This document shows positions 10,260-22,687 of a stretch of 43,750 nt of DNA, piece by piece. The translations under genes were made by a program, and so were the position numbers. The DNA comes from Octopus bimaculoides. Lineage: Eukaryota. The stretch spans positions 11,797,576-11,841,325 of the forward strand of contig NC_068996.1 of the NCBI RefSeq assembly GCF_001194135.2. The letters are read 5' to 3'. Position 1 is the first letter of the stretch. Each line of letters begins with the position of its first letter. The notes beneath the pieces were generated by a model that saw only the letters and a program-made list of their open reading frames with translations, ran no database searches and was not told the DNA's origin.

Positions 10260-11450
10260 ACTTTGGTGTCATATTTTGACTTCTGCAAAGCGTTCGACAT
10301 AGTCGACTACAATATCCTCTATGAAAAGTGTTAAATATTGGAGTGGTAAACTGCTACACTGAATGAAGTATTTCCTGAAGAACAGACAACAACATGTCAC
10401 GATAGATGGAATTCATTCAAGCCCGCCAAAATTCATCAGTGGTGTCCGCCAGGGGACTGTTTTGTTTCCGCTTCTCCTAATAGTCTATATAAACGACATC
10501 TCAAGCGTCATCAAATTCAGCAAAGTAAAAATATCCTCAAATGACGTCAAGCTTCAGAAAAAATTATCAATAGAGATGAACACCGAACTGAACTCTTGTC
10601 TTACATGCTGTAAGCCATTGGGTAGACAAAAGCAACACGCGATTAAATGAGAGAAAATTTGAACACATACTCTTTTGAAAAAGACTGCGCTCAAGCAACC
10701 ATACTCTCCTTCTTCAGGGGATTGCATACAATAATATTAGGGAATTAGGAGTGATTGTTCACATCAATCTCGGCTAGAATAACCGCATCAACAATAAAGT
10801 ATGGTTCGAGGATGAGTTCCAGCTCTTGGATCCTCAGAACGTTCTAGTCCAGAGAGTAAAATGCCTAGAATAGTACTGCACCCTGTTGTCTCCCCACACC
10901 AAACAAAACAGTACGGAAATTGAATCAGCCCAGAGAATAATCACTAAAAGAATAAAAGGTATTGCTGATCTTGATTAATGAAACTACTTTAAAACGTTAA
11001 AACTTTATTCTCTCCAGCGCCGACGTAGGCGCCATATCTTTTGCACAATGTGGAAATCATACCACTAGTATTGCTCAAACAACCTTAACATCAGAATCAG
11101 AATCCATCTATGCTGGCGTCACGTGCCGTACGTCCCTAGACAATTCAGACTCACAACACATAAATTCAATACAACATAATTTGTTTTCCTCAACAGGATA
11201 CGCTCTATTTAATATTGCCCCTAAATAAATTAAGGAAGCAAAAGATCCCATCACCTTCAAACGACGCCTGGACAAATGTCTTCAAGGGATACAAGATAAG
11301 CCACATATTTCTGAATACATCTTAGTCAACAACAACTCCATAACTGAATGGGATATGATACTACAAATCTTGTTTTTGAAACGACTAAAGAGATCTTATA
11401 AGATGGTGCTATTAGACATGGGCTGGACAAATATTTGGTCGAAATGTATG
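10260..11450 (+). pseudogene. Decayed CR1/L2-group LINE reverse transcriptase 3' portion
   Basis: Fragments FDFCKAFDIVD, RQQHVTIDG, SGVRQGTVLFPLLLIVYINDI and FKRRLDKCLQGIQDKP, with stops and frameshifts. Confidence 0.85.
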
Positions 11451-11514
11451 TTCGTTGTCTAAATCAATATATATATAATAAGCATAAAATGGAGAAAACA
11501 CTTGATCATCAAAC

Positions 11515-12095
11515 AAACAAATTGAACAACATCGGTTAATTATTCTTTAATACAAAACTTAACATTGCTTACAGATGTTTCGGCTGTCAGTGTCAGTCGG
11601 TGCCTACAAAGAAAATTTCGAAAATAATATTTGTCATCTTTATTGCACATTCGATCTGGTACGTGGGGCTTCATCACAGTGAATACAAATACATAAAATA
11701 AATGAAGGGAAGGGGGAAAAGGAAAGAAAAGGGCCTCGGGATGAGACCAGAAGGCTCAATATATTTGAATCATGTCATTTTGCAGTGCGAAGCTTTAAGT
11801 CGATGGGCAAAAGAGTAAACTAGCAAATAATCTAGAGAAATAATTTGTGGGTTAGCTTTCTGGCCTCATCTCGAGGCGCTGTTCTTTCTTCTTCCCGCTT
11901 CCCTTCTTTTATTTCATGTATTTGTGTTCACTTTGATGAAGCTCCATGTACTAGCTCAAATATGCTATAAAGATGATGAATATTATTTTCGGAATTTTCT
12001 TTGTAGCCACCGACTGACATTGGCAGCAGAAACGTCCGTAAGCAATGTTAAGTTTTGTATTAAAAAATAATTAACCAATGTTGGTCACTTTGTTT
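11515..12095. repeat. Long inverted repeat (foldback), arms of about 242 bp, 97-bp spacer
   Basis: 11515-11756 is the reverse complement of 11854-12095. One segment, ttaattattctttaatacaaaacttaacattgcttac, matches at 36 of 37 positions. Confidence 0.9.
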
Positions 12096-12583
12096 AATTA
12101 TTGATAAAATGTTTTCTCTATTTTATGCTTATTTTAAATTTGATTCTTGATACACCTTTGTTTATTCTCTTATTACCTGTACCCTATGAGCATAGTGTAC
12201 ATCTATACCCACGCCCAAGGTTAACATCGATGAATGATACCGGTTGCAAAAACGGATATTATTATCCCTTAGACGTTTATTACAACCGCTAAATCTGATG
12301 ATCTTTTTTAATGAAACCGCCTTAGAAATTCACTTTAGTGGTCATTCCGCTTATTAATTATATATATATATATATATATATNNNNNNNNNNNNNNNNNNN
12401 NNNNNNNNNNNNNNNNNNNNNNNNNNNNNNNNNNNNNNNNNNNNNNNNNNNNNNNNNNNNNNNNNNNNNNNNNNNNNNNNNNNNNNNNNNNNNNNNNNNN
12501 NNNNNNNNNNNNNNNNNNNNNNNNNNNNNNNNNNNNNNNNNNNNNNNNNNNNNNNNNNNNNNNNNNNNGACAGAAAGACAGAC

Positions 12584-12633
<50 letters not shown>

Positions 12634-12826
12634 GCAGATAGATGTGTGAACTTAGGTATATTTATGGGCATTATAATGAATACGTATATACGTCTTTTTT
12701 AGATATGTAGCATTAATTTCATATACATATGTACAAAGTGTATATATTAACATACTCTTATATTCACATGCTTATATATACGTTCACATGCGTGCGTCTA
12801 TAGATACATAGATATGTAGGCTTATG

Positions 12827-12882
<56 letters not shown>

Positions 12883-13040
12883 TAGTTAGATATACAGAAA
12901 AGCACGTACACATATATATCGGTGTGTATACATATATATGTCTATCTATATGTACCTATAAACAAATATAGTATATATATACACATACTTATATGTACAA
13001 ATATATCTACATGTGCAAACATATACGTATATATGCATAT

Positions 13041-13081
<41 letters not shown>

Positions 13082-13662
13082 ATATATGCATATAGATACA
13101 TACGCACATACATAAATTCATATGTTCATACATATACACTGACATATNNNNNNNNNNTCATGTCGGTCTAGCAGCTAAGCATGATTCTAACAAAAAAAGT
13201 TCAAATACCTAATGATTTACTCACAAGCCCAATGAATACACCTCTCGCAACCTTCAATATCTTATTTCAAATTGGTAATCACAGAAATGTCAAAGGTTAT
13301 ATAGTATTGTAAGTATTATTTTAAGATCAGCCTAACTTTAAAAAAAAATTCTCTGGCTCTTTGTCACTGTCTCTCTCTCCCTCTTTCTCTCTCTCCCTCT
13401 TTCTCTCTCTCCCTCTTTCTCTCTCTCCCTCTGTCTTTCTTCTTCTCGTTCCTTTTCTTTCTTCTTCTTCTCTCTCTCTCTTTCTGTTTCTCCCTTTGAT
13501 TAATAAAGAAAATAATGTTTTACATTTCGGACGGACGGATATATTTGGAGACAAACGGTGTTTTATTTTGGCGAGGAAGTTATAACTTACAATAAAACAT
13601 ATACACATATGCATGTATATATATGTGTGTGTGTGTGTGTGTGCGTGCACGTGTAATTGTGC

Positions 13663-13760
<98 letters not shown>

Positions 13761-14369
13761 GTATGTAGGAGCGTAAAATAGCATTATTGTTAATGTATAG
13801 TATTATTGTTTTCAACGATACGTCACCTCAACAAGAGAACATCGGGCAAACTGACAAAAGAATTGATTGTTCGTATTTTGTTGTCCAATGTAGACCCGTG
13901 CCTACGTCCAGGACTTTGGGGCTCGGTGACCTATATTTCCGAGGACGAAATTTTTTTTGCGTTCACCTCAGACCATCGATACACATATCACGTTCCGACG
14001 AAAACTCGTCCCGGCCGTGACAACGTTGTATTTCTTTTTTCTTTCATAGTGTTGCTTCTTGGACTCAAATTCGCTTCGAAATTATACAGTCAAGATTTCG
14101 ATTCCACTTCGTGATATCTAGAATAGTAAAGTGACTTTTTGTTTGTTTTTGTTTTTGTTTTATTTACCTTAGTCTGATTTTCAACGAATTGTTGCAGGTG
14201 AAATTCGGTAAATGTGAATGCGTGGATATTTGTCGGGTGGTTTGTACTTGTTATTTCAAAGGTCTTGCTGTATTGGGTTTGATGAGAAATTCGTTAAAAA
14301 TATGTGTTGATGTGTTGATGGAATACTCAACCACTTCACACGTTAATTTAATGAGTCGGACGTTCAGGG

Positions 14370-14765
14370 AATTGAACGTTCATGTGATCGAGCATTCAGG
14401 TGATCGAACATTCAGGTGATCGAATATTCAGATGATTGGTCATTCTATTGATCGGATATTCCTGGTGATCAAATGTTCAGATGATCGAACGTTCAGGTGA
14501 TCAAACGTTCAAGTGATCGAATGTTCAGGTGATTGGAAATTCAGTTGATCGAACTTTCTGGTGCTTGGAAATTCAGTTGATCGAACTTTTTGGTGCTTCG
14601 AAATTCAGTTGATCGAACTTTTTGCTGCTTGGAAATTCAGTTGATCGAACTTTTTGGTGCTTGGAAATTCAGTTGATCGAACTTTTTGCTGCCTGGAAAT
14701 TCAGTTGATCGAACTTTTTGGTGCTTGGAAATTCAGGTGATCGAACTTTGAGGTGATCGAACACT
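14370..14765. repeat. Tandem array of 16-bp units grading into 32-bp units
   Basis: ttcaggtgatcgaaca units, then ggaaattcagttgatcgaactttttggtgctt starting at 14535, 14567, 14599, 14631, 14663, 14695 and 14727. Confidence 0.9.
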
Positions 14766-15095
14766 CAAACGATCGAAAGTTTAGATGATCGATCTTCTAA
14801 ATGCTCTTATCGTTGAAACCTATAGAAGATTTATTAGAATTTCGTAACACCATATAATTCTGAATTCACTTTCGTAATACGATTGTATGCGATTGTCGTG
14901 GATAAGCTAAGAATGATTAGCCGTTTGAGTGACGACGTACTGACGCTTTTATTACTGTTTGTTATCATTGATTTGGTTCAGTAAACCTATGACCAAGAGA
15001 CTCAAACCGTAGCAATCCTTTTTTTTTTTTTGTATCGGATATAGAATGTTTACGGTAGTAACTGCATGGTCAAATATTTCGCTGCGCGATACGGG

Positions 15096-15272
15096 TCTAT
15101 ACAAGACTATGAGTCTAAACTAGACTACGAGTCTATTCAAGACTATGAGGGTATACAAGACTACGAGTCTAAACAATACTACGAGTCTAAACAAGACTAT
15201 GAGTCTATACAAGACTTCGAAGCTACACAAGGCCATGAGACTCTACGAGACTACGAGCCTATACAAGACGGC
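15096..15272. repeat. 18-bp minisatellite (gagtctatacaagactac), about 10 units
   Basis: Direct tandem repeats, read as [IK]QDYES in ORF 15066-15536. Confidence 0.85.
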
Positions 15273-15389
15273 ACTTACCCGAAAATCCACTGCAAGGCAT
15301 CTTGTACAGATGTTATTTACAGTCTCGGGTCAAAGCATACCCTGCGAAGGAAAGTGGGTAAATGGAAACTGTATAGAAGCCCAGGGGAT

Positions 15390-15570
15390 GGATTTGTGCC
15401 AGTAATTCAAAAGGCACAGCCTTGTCACACAGTATCATACCGATTCTGTGTGAGAATTACCTTGAGTGGACACAGGTTTGTGGAATTACTTGGGTACTTA
15501 GTGGCCAATTCAGGAGCAGATAATTCAGTTGATTGAACAACGTAATCCACGTCGTCGAACGACGGATATC
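15390..15570 (+). mobile_element. Degenerate SINE family A-like 3' body
   Basis: gtaattcaaaaggcacagccttgtcacac...gttgattgaacaac...cgtcgtcgaacgacgga aligns with 1645-1815. Confidence 0.55.
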
Positions 15571-16057
15571 CGCCTGTACTTAAAACTATAGGCCGTTTTT
15601 TCCACGTAGATAAGGTTGTTATTTCTCAAATCTTGAGGGGCCGTGTAAAGACGGTTGTGTTGGCTCGTGAAACTTGGACAATAGTTTATATTCAATATGA
15701 ATAATATACACCTAAAGGGACATGTTTATCTTTGAAATGTTAGGAAATGGAATGAATTGCAGAATAGTGATTCCGTGAAGTAAAGGAGATACTCGTAATC
15801 TTAGGATATGATGAAGTTCTTCAATATTGAGTTATAGTCTTCCTTTGTGTATGACCGCTAAAAGCAGTAGTCGAAAGAATATGCTACCCAATCAACGTAT
15901 CACTGGTCCAAGCAAAGAAAAATGTATCTGTGGAGAAACTGCAAAAATTATCCTATTATAAAGATCTTGAAAGAGAAATAGCCGAATTAAGAGTACTGAA
16001 AACATAAGCAATCCATAACACAACGGATGTTTTGGCTTTATAAAGAACGAGTTTGAA

Positions 16058-16271
16058 GGCGGTGACCAGCCAGAACTGTTACCGTCCTGAGCAAAATACT
16101 TTGTGTCGTTTCGTCCGTTTTTTACGCTCTGTGTTCAAATTCCGTCGAGATCGACTTCGCTTTTCATCCTTTCGGGGTCGATAAAACAAGTACCAGTCAA
16201 GAACTGAGGTCGATGTAATCGACTTAGCTCCTTTCCCCAAAATTACTGGCCTTGTGCCAAAAATTTGAAAC
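16058..16271 (+). mobile_element. SINE family B
   Basis: gttcaaattcc B-box, tcatcctttcggggtcgataa and the tail ggccttgtgccaaaaatttgaaac. Confidence 0.8.
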
Positions 16272-16317
16272 TAATATTACGAAAAACAAATCATCATCGT
16301 CATTACTGTTAATTGTT

Positions 16318-16695
16318 GGCACTCCGTCGCTTACGACGACGAGGGTTCCAGTTGATCCGATCAACGGAACAGCCTGCTCGTGAAATTAACGTGCAAGTGG
16401 CTGAGCACTCCACAGACACGTGTACCCTTAACGTAGTTCTCGGGGAGATTCAGCGTGACACAGTGTGACAAGGCTGACCCTTTGAATTACAGGCACGACA
16501 GAAACAGGAAGTAAGAGTGAGAGAAAGTTGTGGTGGAAGAGTACAGCAGGGTTCGCCACCATCCCCTGCCGGAGCCTCGTGGAGCTTTAGGTGTTTTCGC
16601 TCAATAAACGCTCACAACGCCCGGTCTGGGAATCGAAACCGCGATCCTATAATCGCGAGTCCGCTGCCCTAACCACTGGGCCTTTGCGCCTCCTC
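16318..16695 (-). mobile_element. SINE family A, full length
   Basis: Reverse complement of 1443-1817 with few changes. Possible tgttaat TSD at 16307-16313 and 16699-16705. Confidence 0.9.
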
Positions 16696-16934
16696 CATTG
16701 TTAATATAATAGATTTATTTTCTTATTGTTATTGCGTACTTTCACAGCACAACATTATGTATGTGCAGCGTTTAGTTTATGGCTTTGCATTTTCTACGGT
16801 ATTAGCTGTGTTTTACAAAATGTAATGTGTGTGCGTGTGTGCAGTACCTCAGTATATTACTCTCTGTGTGTTCTTCAAAGTTATAAACTCTAGAATTTTG
16901 GGTGTATATTTGTCTAACACTTTTTAATATCATT

Positions 16935-17537
16935 TGCCGCCTCGAGGTGCCATAGATCTGCACCCGAAAAAATCGTGTCAGCTGCTCATTGTGTTGCAGC
17001 GTCTGTTGTGGCTGTATAGGCCCACACGGGAGTAGCAGTCACCCATACAGCGAATGCATTTGAAGGAGCTATCTGCCGGCGCTACTGGTTTTTTTCTTCC
17101 ATCGAGTCCGCTTTTCTTTGGTGGCGAGTTACTGTTCTTCTCCCGCTGGTTTGATCTCCTTTCGCAGTATTTGTCTCCAGTGTTGGTGATTATCTGCAAT
17201 CTCCTCATATCTCAGGACGTCCAGATCAAGTGACTTCATATCCCTCATACAGACGTCTTTGTAACGAAGATGAGGTCGTCCTCTTGCTCTTGTGCTGGTA
17301 GTCAATTCCTCATACAGGAAGTCTTTTGGGATCCTTCCGTCTGACATGCGATGTACATGACCGAGCCAGCGCGAGTATACTGGATATCTTGGCTCGGTTG
17401 AGGACTTCGGTATTGGTGATGTGGTCGGTCCACTTGATATCCAAGATACGTCTCAAATTACGAAGGTGAAAGACATTGAGACGCCACTCCTGTCTGGAGC
17501 AGAGACTCCACGTCTGACTGCCATAAAGTAGCGTACT
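16935..17537 (-). pseudogene. RTE-clade LINE ORF2 3' remnant
   Basis: Fragments TLLYGSQTW, RLNVFHLRNLRRILDIKW and RMSDGRIPKDFLYEEL...RGRPHLRYKDVC, then the terminal zinc-finger-like CIRCMGDCYSRVGLYSH. Confidence 0.9.
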
Positions 17538-18059
17538 TATTTTCGTAATATTAATATTGATGTGGTTATTATTAAATTGTCATTGTCGTTGAGTAGTTGT
17601 TGTTCTTATTGTTTCTTTATTAGCGACAAAAACTTCGAAATATAGAACAAAATACAATGTGTGTTCAACAGGGTACTAACAAAGATGTAAGTGGAAGACA
17701 ATTAAATGATACAAAAGCGAAGAACGGAGTGAAAGATATTATACTTCAAGTGTAGACATGTTAAAGTTTATAAAACACAAATAGTTACAAATAAATAAAT
17801 AAACGTGCATGTTACTTACAAATATGAAATTCAGTTTAAATAAGATCGACCTCCCATACATATAAAGGAAGTCACCACCTGCGTTTTCAGTACACTTCAC
17901 GCCTTGATTAACCTTGATTAGGTGGAGATTATAGGATCTTCCGAGGTTATAAATCTGCGGATTGTTGTCCTATTACAGTTTCTAGTATTAATTTCTACTA
18001 TTACTTTCTTTATTTCAAACGGTTTAAAATGTGAGCAAATCTTTTTGATCTGCTGTTTG

Positions 18060-18262
18060 TCTGGAAAGTGATGGCGTATTTCTTTTGTGTCCAATTAGTC
18101 TTGTGGAAGCTAGTTCAGTGTGATGTAAGAAGAGGAAAACATCGGCACACTTAAATCGACGACTCCAGAACCGCGAGGCAGTGATGATGGATCGAGAAGT
18201 ATGGCGGATGGACTTTGTTGCTGCGACCCGGATTGGAACCCGACTATATTAATAATAATTAT
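18060..18262 (+). mobile_element. Probable RTE-X-type LINE 3' end with AAT-rich tail
   Basis: Fragments VSNLVLWK...RRG and MMDREVWR resemble RTE-X C-termini, followed by taataataat. Confidence 0.5.
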
Positions 18263-18756
18263 AATAATAATGATGTCATAATAGTTTTTTTTCGCTTCAG
18301 AGAGGCAGCTGCTTTCTTTTCACCGAATATGGGCTCCTTTTCAGAGCAAATGAGTTCTTTAGTAGAGAAGATAGTCTTCTCTTCAAGCGAGTGTAACACT
18401 CCAAGCGCCTTTATTGTGGTTTGCAATTGATTTTAGGGTCATGTTTAGTCTTCTCGAAATAGTTGCCGGTACTTTTTGATTTCTACATAGTTATCTTCGT
18501 AAATGGACAGAGTGATACTGCTGGAAGAGAATAATTTCTTGTTGACTAGTTCCTGTTTTTTTTTTATTGCTATTGTTGTGCTTTACACACTTTGTCTACA
18601 CGGATTGTGGACGAAAGGGGGCGCTCTTAAATACGTCCCCGTATTCGCAGTAGAACCAACAACTGTTATGATTTATCTTTCCTATTGCTTTTATTATTCT
18701 AGGGTTTCTGAGTGGAAGCCCTTTAAATGACAATTATGACGCATGTGTAGTATCTA

Positions 18757-18992
18757 CACTTTATTTCTTTATTGCCCACAAGGGGCTAAACATAGAGGGG
18801 GCAAACAAGGACAGGCAAAGGTATTAAGTCGATTATATCGACCCCAGTGCATAACTGGTACTTAATTTATCGACCCCGAAAGGATGAAAGGCAAAGTCGA
18901 CCTAGGCGGAATTTGAACTCAGAACGTAACGGCAGACGAAATACCGTTAAGCATTTCGCCCGGCGTGCTACCGTTTCTGCCAGCTCGCTGCC
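18757..18992 (-). mobile_element. SINE family B, full length, variant tail
   Basis: Minus strand: gagctggcagaaacggtagcacgccgg...ctgagttcaaattccgcc...tcatcctttcggggtcgataaattaagtaccag. Confidence 0.9.
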
Positions 18993-19349
18993 TTACAACA
19001 CTTTCTGCCCAGAATGTTGAATTTCAAGGCCTTCATTTCAATACACTCTACAGGACACGATTCTGGTATTGTTTTATGGTCTGACTATGTTTATTCTTGT
19101 AGAACTAATTTATGAATAGGCGAGTCCCGGAAAATTTGGGCTTGCACTTCTGCCTCACACCTTTCTTCTATCTATAAAAGAGATTTCACTCTTAACGCAG
19201 CTGCAAAGGTTATCTGCAGCTCTTTCGATGAAACCAGAAAAACCTTCTTTGCGTTGACAAAACACGAATAGTCTGCTTCCTTCATCTCGCGCAACCCAGT
19301 GAATGATCGTCAGAGTCTCACGTACGTGTTACTGCTAGGCTTTAGTCAT

Positions 19350-19852
19350 TCTTCTATTCTTTCATTCTTTTATTTGTTTCAATTATTTGACTGCGGCCAT
19401 GCTGGAGCACCACCTTAAAGGACTTTTTAGTCGAAGAAATTAACCTGAGGGCTTATTTTTTATAAGCCTTGTACTTATTCTATCGGTCTCTTTTGCCGAA
19501 CCGCTATGTCACTTTGACGTAGACACGCCAGCAGCGGTTGTCAAGGTATGACGAGGGGACAAATACAGACGCAAAACACACACACACACTTACATATATA
19601 CATAAACACACACACAAACACACCTAGATACACACACCACGCACACGCACGCCCACACAAGTACACACACACACACACACACACACATCTATGTACATAC
19701 ATACACGACGGGCTTCTTTCAGTTTCTGTCTACCAAATACACTCACGAGACTTTGGTTGGCCCGAGGCCAGAGTAGAAAGTGCCACGCAGTGAGACTGAA
19801 CCCGGAACCATGTGGTTGGGAAGCAAGCTTCTTACCACACAACCACGCGTGC
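19350..19852 (-). mobile_element. SINE family C, full length, with internal (CA)n
   Basis: Head with TGGTTGTGTGG A-box and GGTTCAGTCTC B-box-like. Body and tail match 34005-34418. Confidence 0.85.
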
Positions 19853-22122
19853 ACCTATTTCATGAAAAAAATCCTATATCCAGGGGTTTTTTGTTCATAG
19901 GTACGTTTGTGAAAGATGATGCGATGTTATTGTTCGTCGCACTTTTGTTGGGCAAAGTATATTTATACCTACTGTTATTTTTGCTAACGATGTCGTCGCT
20001 GTCTTAAACTGTTTTTGTTCAACTACTATTATTTCTTTTTTTTTCATTTTCTGTTATTTCTTTGTTCGTTGATATATTTTAAAGATTTACTGAATGTAAT
20101 TCTTTCTGTGAAGTGTTTCCGAAAACGAATTAGATTGCAAAATAAAAAAGGATATATTTANNNNNNNNNNNNNNNNNNNNNNNNNNNNNNNNNNNNNNNN
20201 NNNNNNNNNNNNNNNNNNNNNNNNNNNNNNNNNNNNNNNNNNNNNNNNNNNNNNNNNNNNNNNNNNNNNNNNNNNNNNNNNNNNNNNNNNNNNNNNNNNN
20301 NNNNNNNNNNNNNNNNNNNNNNNNNNNNNNNNNNNNNNNNNNNNNNNNNNNNNNNNNNNNNNNNNNNNNNNNNNNNNNNNNNNNNNNNNNNNNNNNNNNN
20401 NNNNNNNNNNNNNNNNNNNNNNNNNNNNNNNNNNNNNNNNNNNNNNNNNNNNNNNNNNNNNNNNNNNNNNNNNNNNNNNNNNNNNNNNNNNNNNNNNNNN
20501 NNNNNNNNNNNNNNNNNNNNNNNNNNNNNNNNNNNNNNNNNNNNNNNNNNNNNNNNNNNNNNNNNNNNNNNNNNNNNNNNNNNNNNNNNNNNNNNNNNNN
20601 NNNNNNNNNNNNNNNNNNNNNNNNNNNNNNNNNNNNNNNNNNNNNNNNNNNNNNNNNNNNNNNNNNNNNNNNNNNNNNNNNNNNNNNNNNNNNATATATA
20701 TATATATATATACACGATAAGAGGAAAATAGAGGAAAAACAACAAATAGAAGTGTGTCTGTGGTGATAAAAAGCTATTATTTAATTAATTAAGCAAGGTG
20801 AGGGTAAGAGTGAGTTTACAGCTGTTTCTGTGTACCATAGTTGAGGCAAATATGTATTTACCTCGTTGCAAATGGCAGACGTCATCAGAACGAAGAAGGC
20901 AGAGATAGACAAAGAGGAGAGTAGAGCGAAAGATAGAGGGCGAAATCTATGATTCAATGATTCGAAAGTCTTACATTTTAGTTGGGCTCAAAGTTCATGA
21001 AATTCATTGTGAGGTAGTTGAAGAATAGAGGATGGTTGAACCCGATGTCGCAAAATATATTTAGGGGTTCCAGTTTTCTTACCAAAATAAATACGTATTA
21101 TAGATACATTTTTTTTTAATAATCCACAATTATTTATTATCCTGTTTTTTCGAACTCTATTTGAATATAGCTACATTTGTGTATGAATATAGATATTAAC
21201 ATAATTATACAATTACGTACCTATATAATTTTTTCTGCATGTAATTACTGCGTAGACTCTTACATATATTTATTATGCGTGTGAATATGTATAAGAACGT
21301 TACGCAAGATTAAGATAATTAATGTGTCTACCTATATACAGGTGTTCTAAGCGTATTTATATTTATATGTACACATTCACAATGTATATGCATATCTATA
21401 ATTCTAGTTGTTTTTTATCTTTACGTATTGATTTGCACACCTATAAATTTAAGTGACTATGTACTTAATTTATTGGATAAATATTTTTGACTATTAATAA
21501 TTTCTACTTATCACCTACTCCTATTTTAACAAATTATAACTATATTTATCCCAATATTAATACCATACTTTCATACATGGTAAATTACTATTTATTATCT
21601 ATCAGTATACCTTCTACCTATTATCCAGAGTATATTAATATATATTTACTTTCTCTCTAAATTTACACCCACTGCCCCTCTTAAAAGGTTAATACCAACT
21701 TTATCCATACAACAATACTTAGTTTGCTGTAATGTTCTGTATACTTAACACTTAATAACACAACGGAATGTCTTTTTCTGCCTCTGGCGAGATTTTGCTT
21801 TATAAAATAATTTATTTATCATAATTATAATCATTAAAGTACGAATCGAAACAACTGTAAGAGATCATGTTTATTTTTGCAGTTGATAAATTGATTTATT
21901 AACTTATTAAGTTATTAATTGATTTATCTCCATTTTCTTATATATCGAAACGCCGGTGTTTAAACGTGGGTGGCTGATGAAGGAGATGTTCTCTATGTGG
22001 CTCGTGTGTTCTCGTCTACGTTTGTTTGCAATGTCCTGTACCCAGATATGCACCTATACATACAGGTGGATGTCGGTATGCACATACCTGTACGTATATA
22101 TGCATATACTCATTTACTATTT

Positions 22123-22167
<45 letters not shown>

Positions 22168-22651
22168 CCACTGATCTCGTAAGGAGCAAAATAGCTAGTT
22201 CTAAAATATCTAAACAAAATATAAGTAGTAACTATACTAGACGATAACGTTTTTTTGCCACTATAACATAGCTGTTCTGTAAAGAACTATGTTACTACAT
22301 TTTAACTTTCTGCGGCTTCTCTGTTTATATATCGGGAGTAGAGGAGAGTGACTGCCATCACAAGCAGGCAGGTGTCCAGTGCCGATGAAGCGTAAAGACC
22401 CACAAACCATGGTCTACTGCTCTTGCCAAGCTGCTGGGGAGTGATTCACACCCTTACTCACAATATATCGGATACAAATCGTGTGTCGTTAACCAGCTGG
22501 AAAAAAACGTTTTCCTGAGGTTAAAATGTAGTAACAGAATGTGAGTGTGTGTGTGTACACACATACACACACATACACGCACATATATTTATATATATGA
22601 TATATATATATATATACACACATATATACATACATACATTTATATATATCT

Positions 22652-22687
<36 letters not shown>

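Noticed and set aside
12286-12335. CTGATGA...GAAACC hammerhead-like motif
   Set aside because: Helix II does not pair (tcttttttaat), there is no NUH triplet in register, and helix I is incomplete.
14535-14750. CRISPR-like 32-bp repeats
   Set aside because: Units are directly adjacent with no unique spacers, there are no cas genes, and the context is eukaryotic.
16318-16430. HDV-like ribozyme on the antisense of the SINE A 3' end
   Set aside because: No downstream complement of the GGCACTC P1 strand could be found.
21945-22020. cgaaacgcc...ctgatgaaggag
   Set aside because: The core words are in type II order, but helix I is missing and no GAAA follows; likely a repeat fragment.
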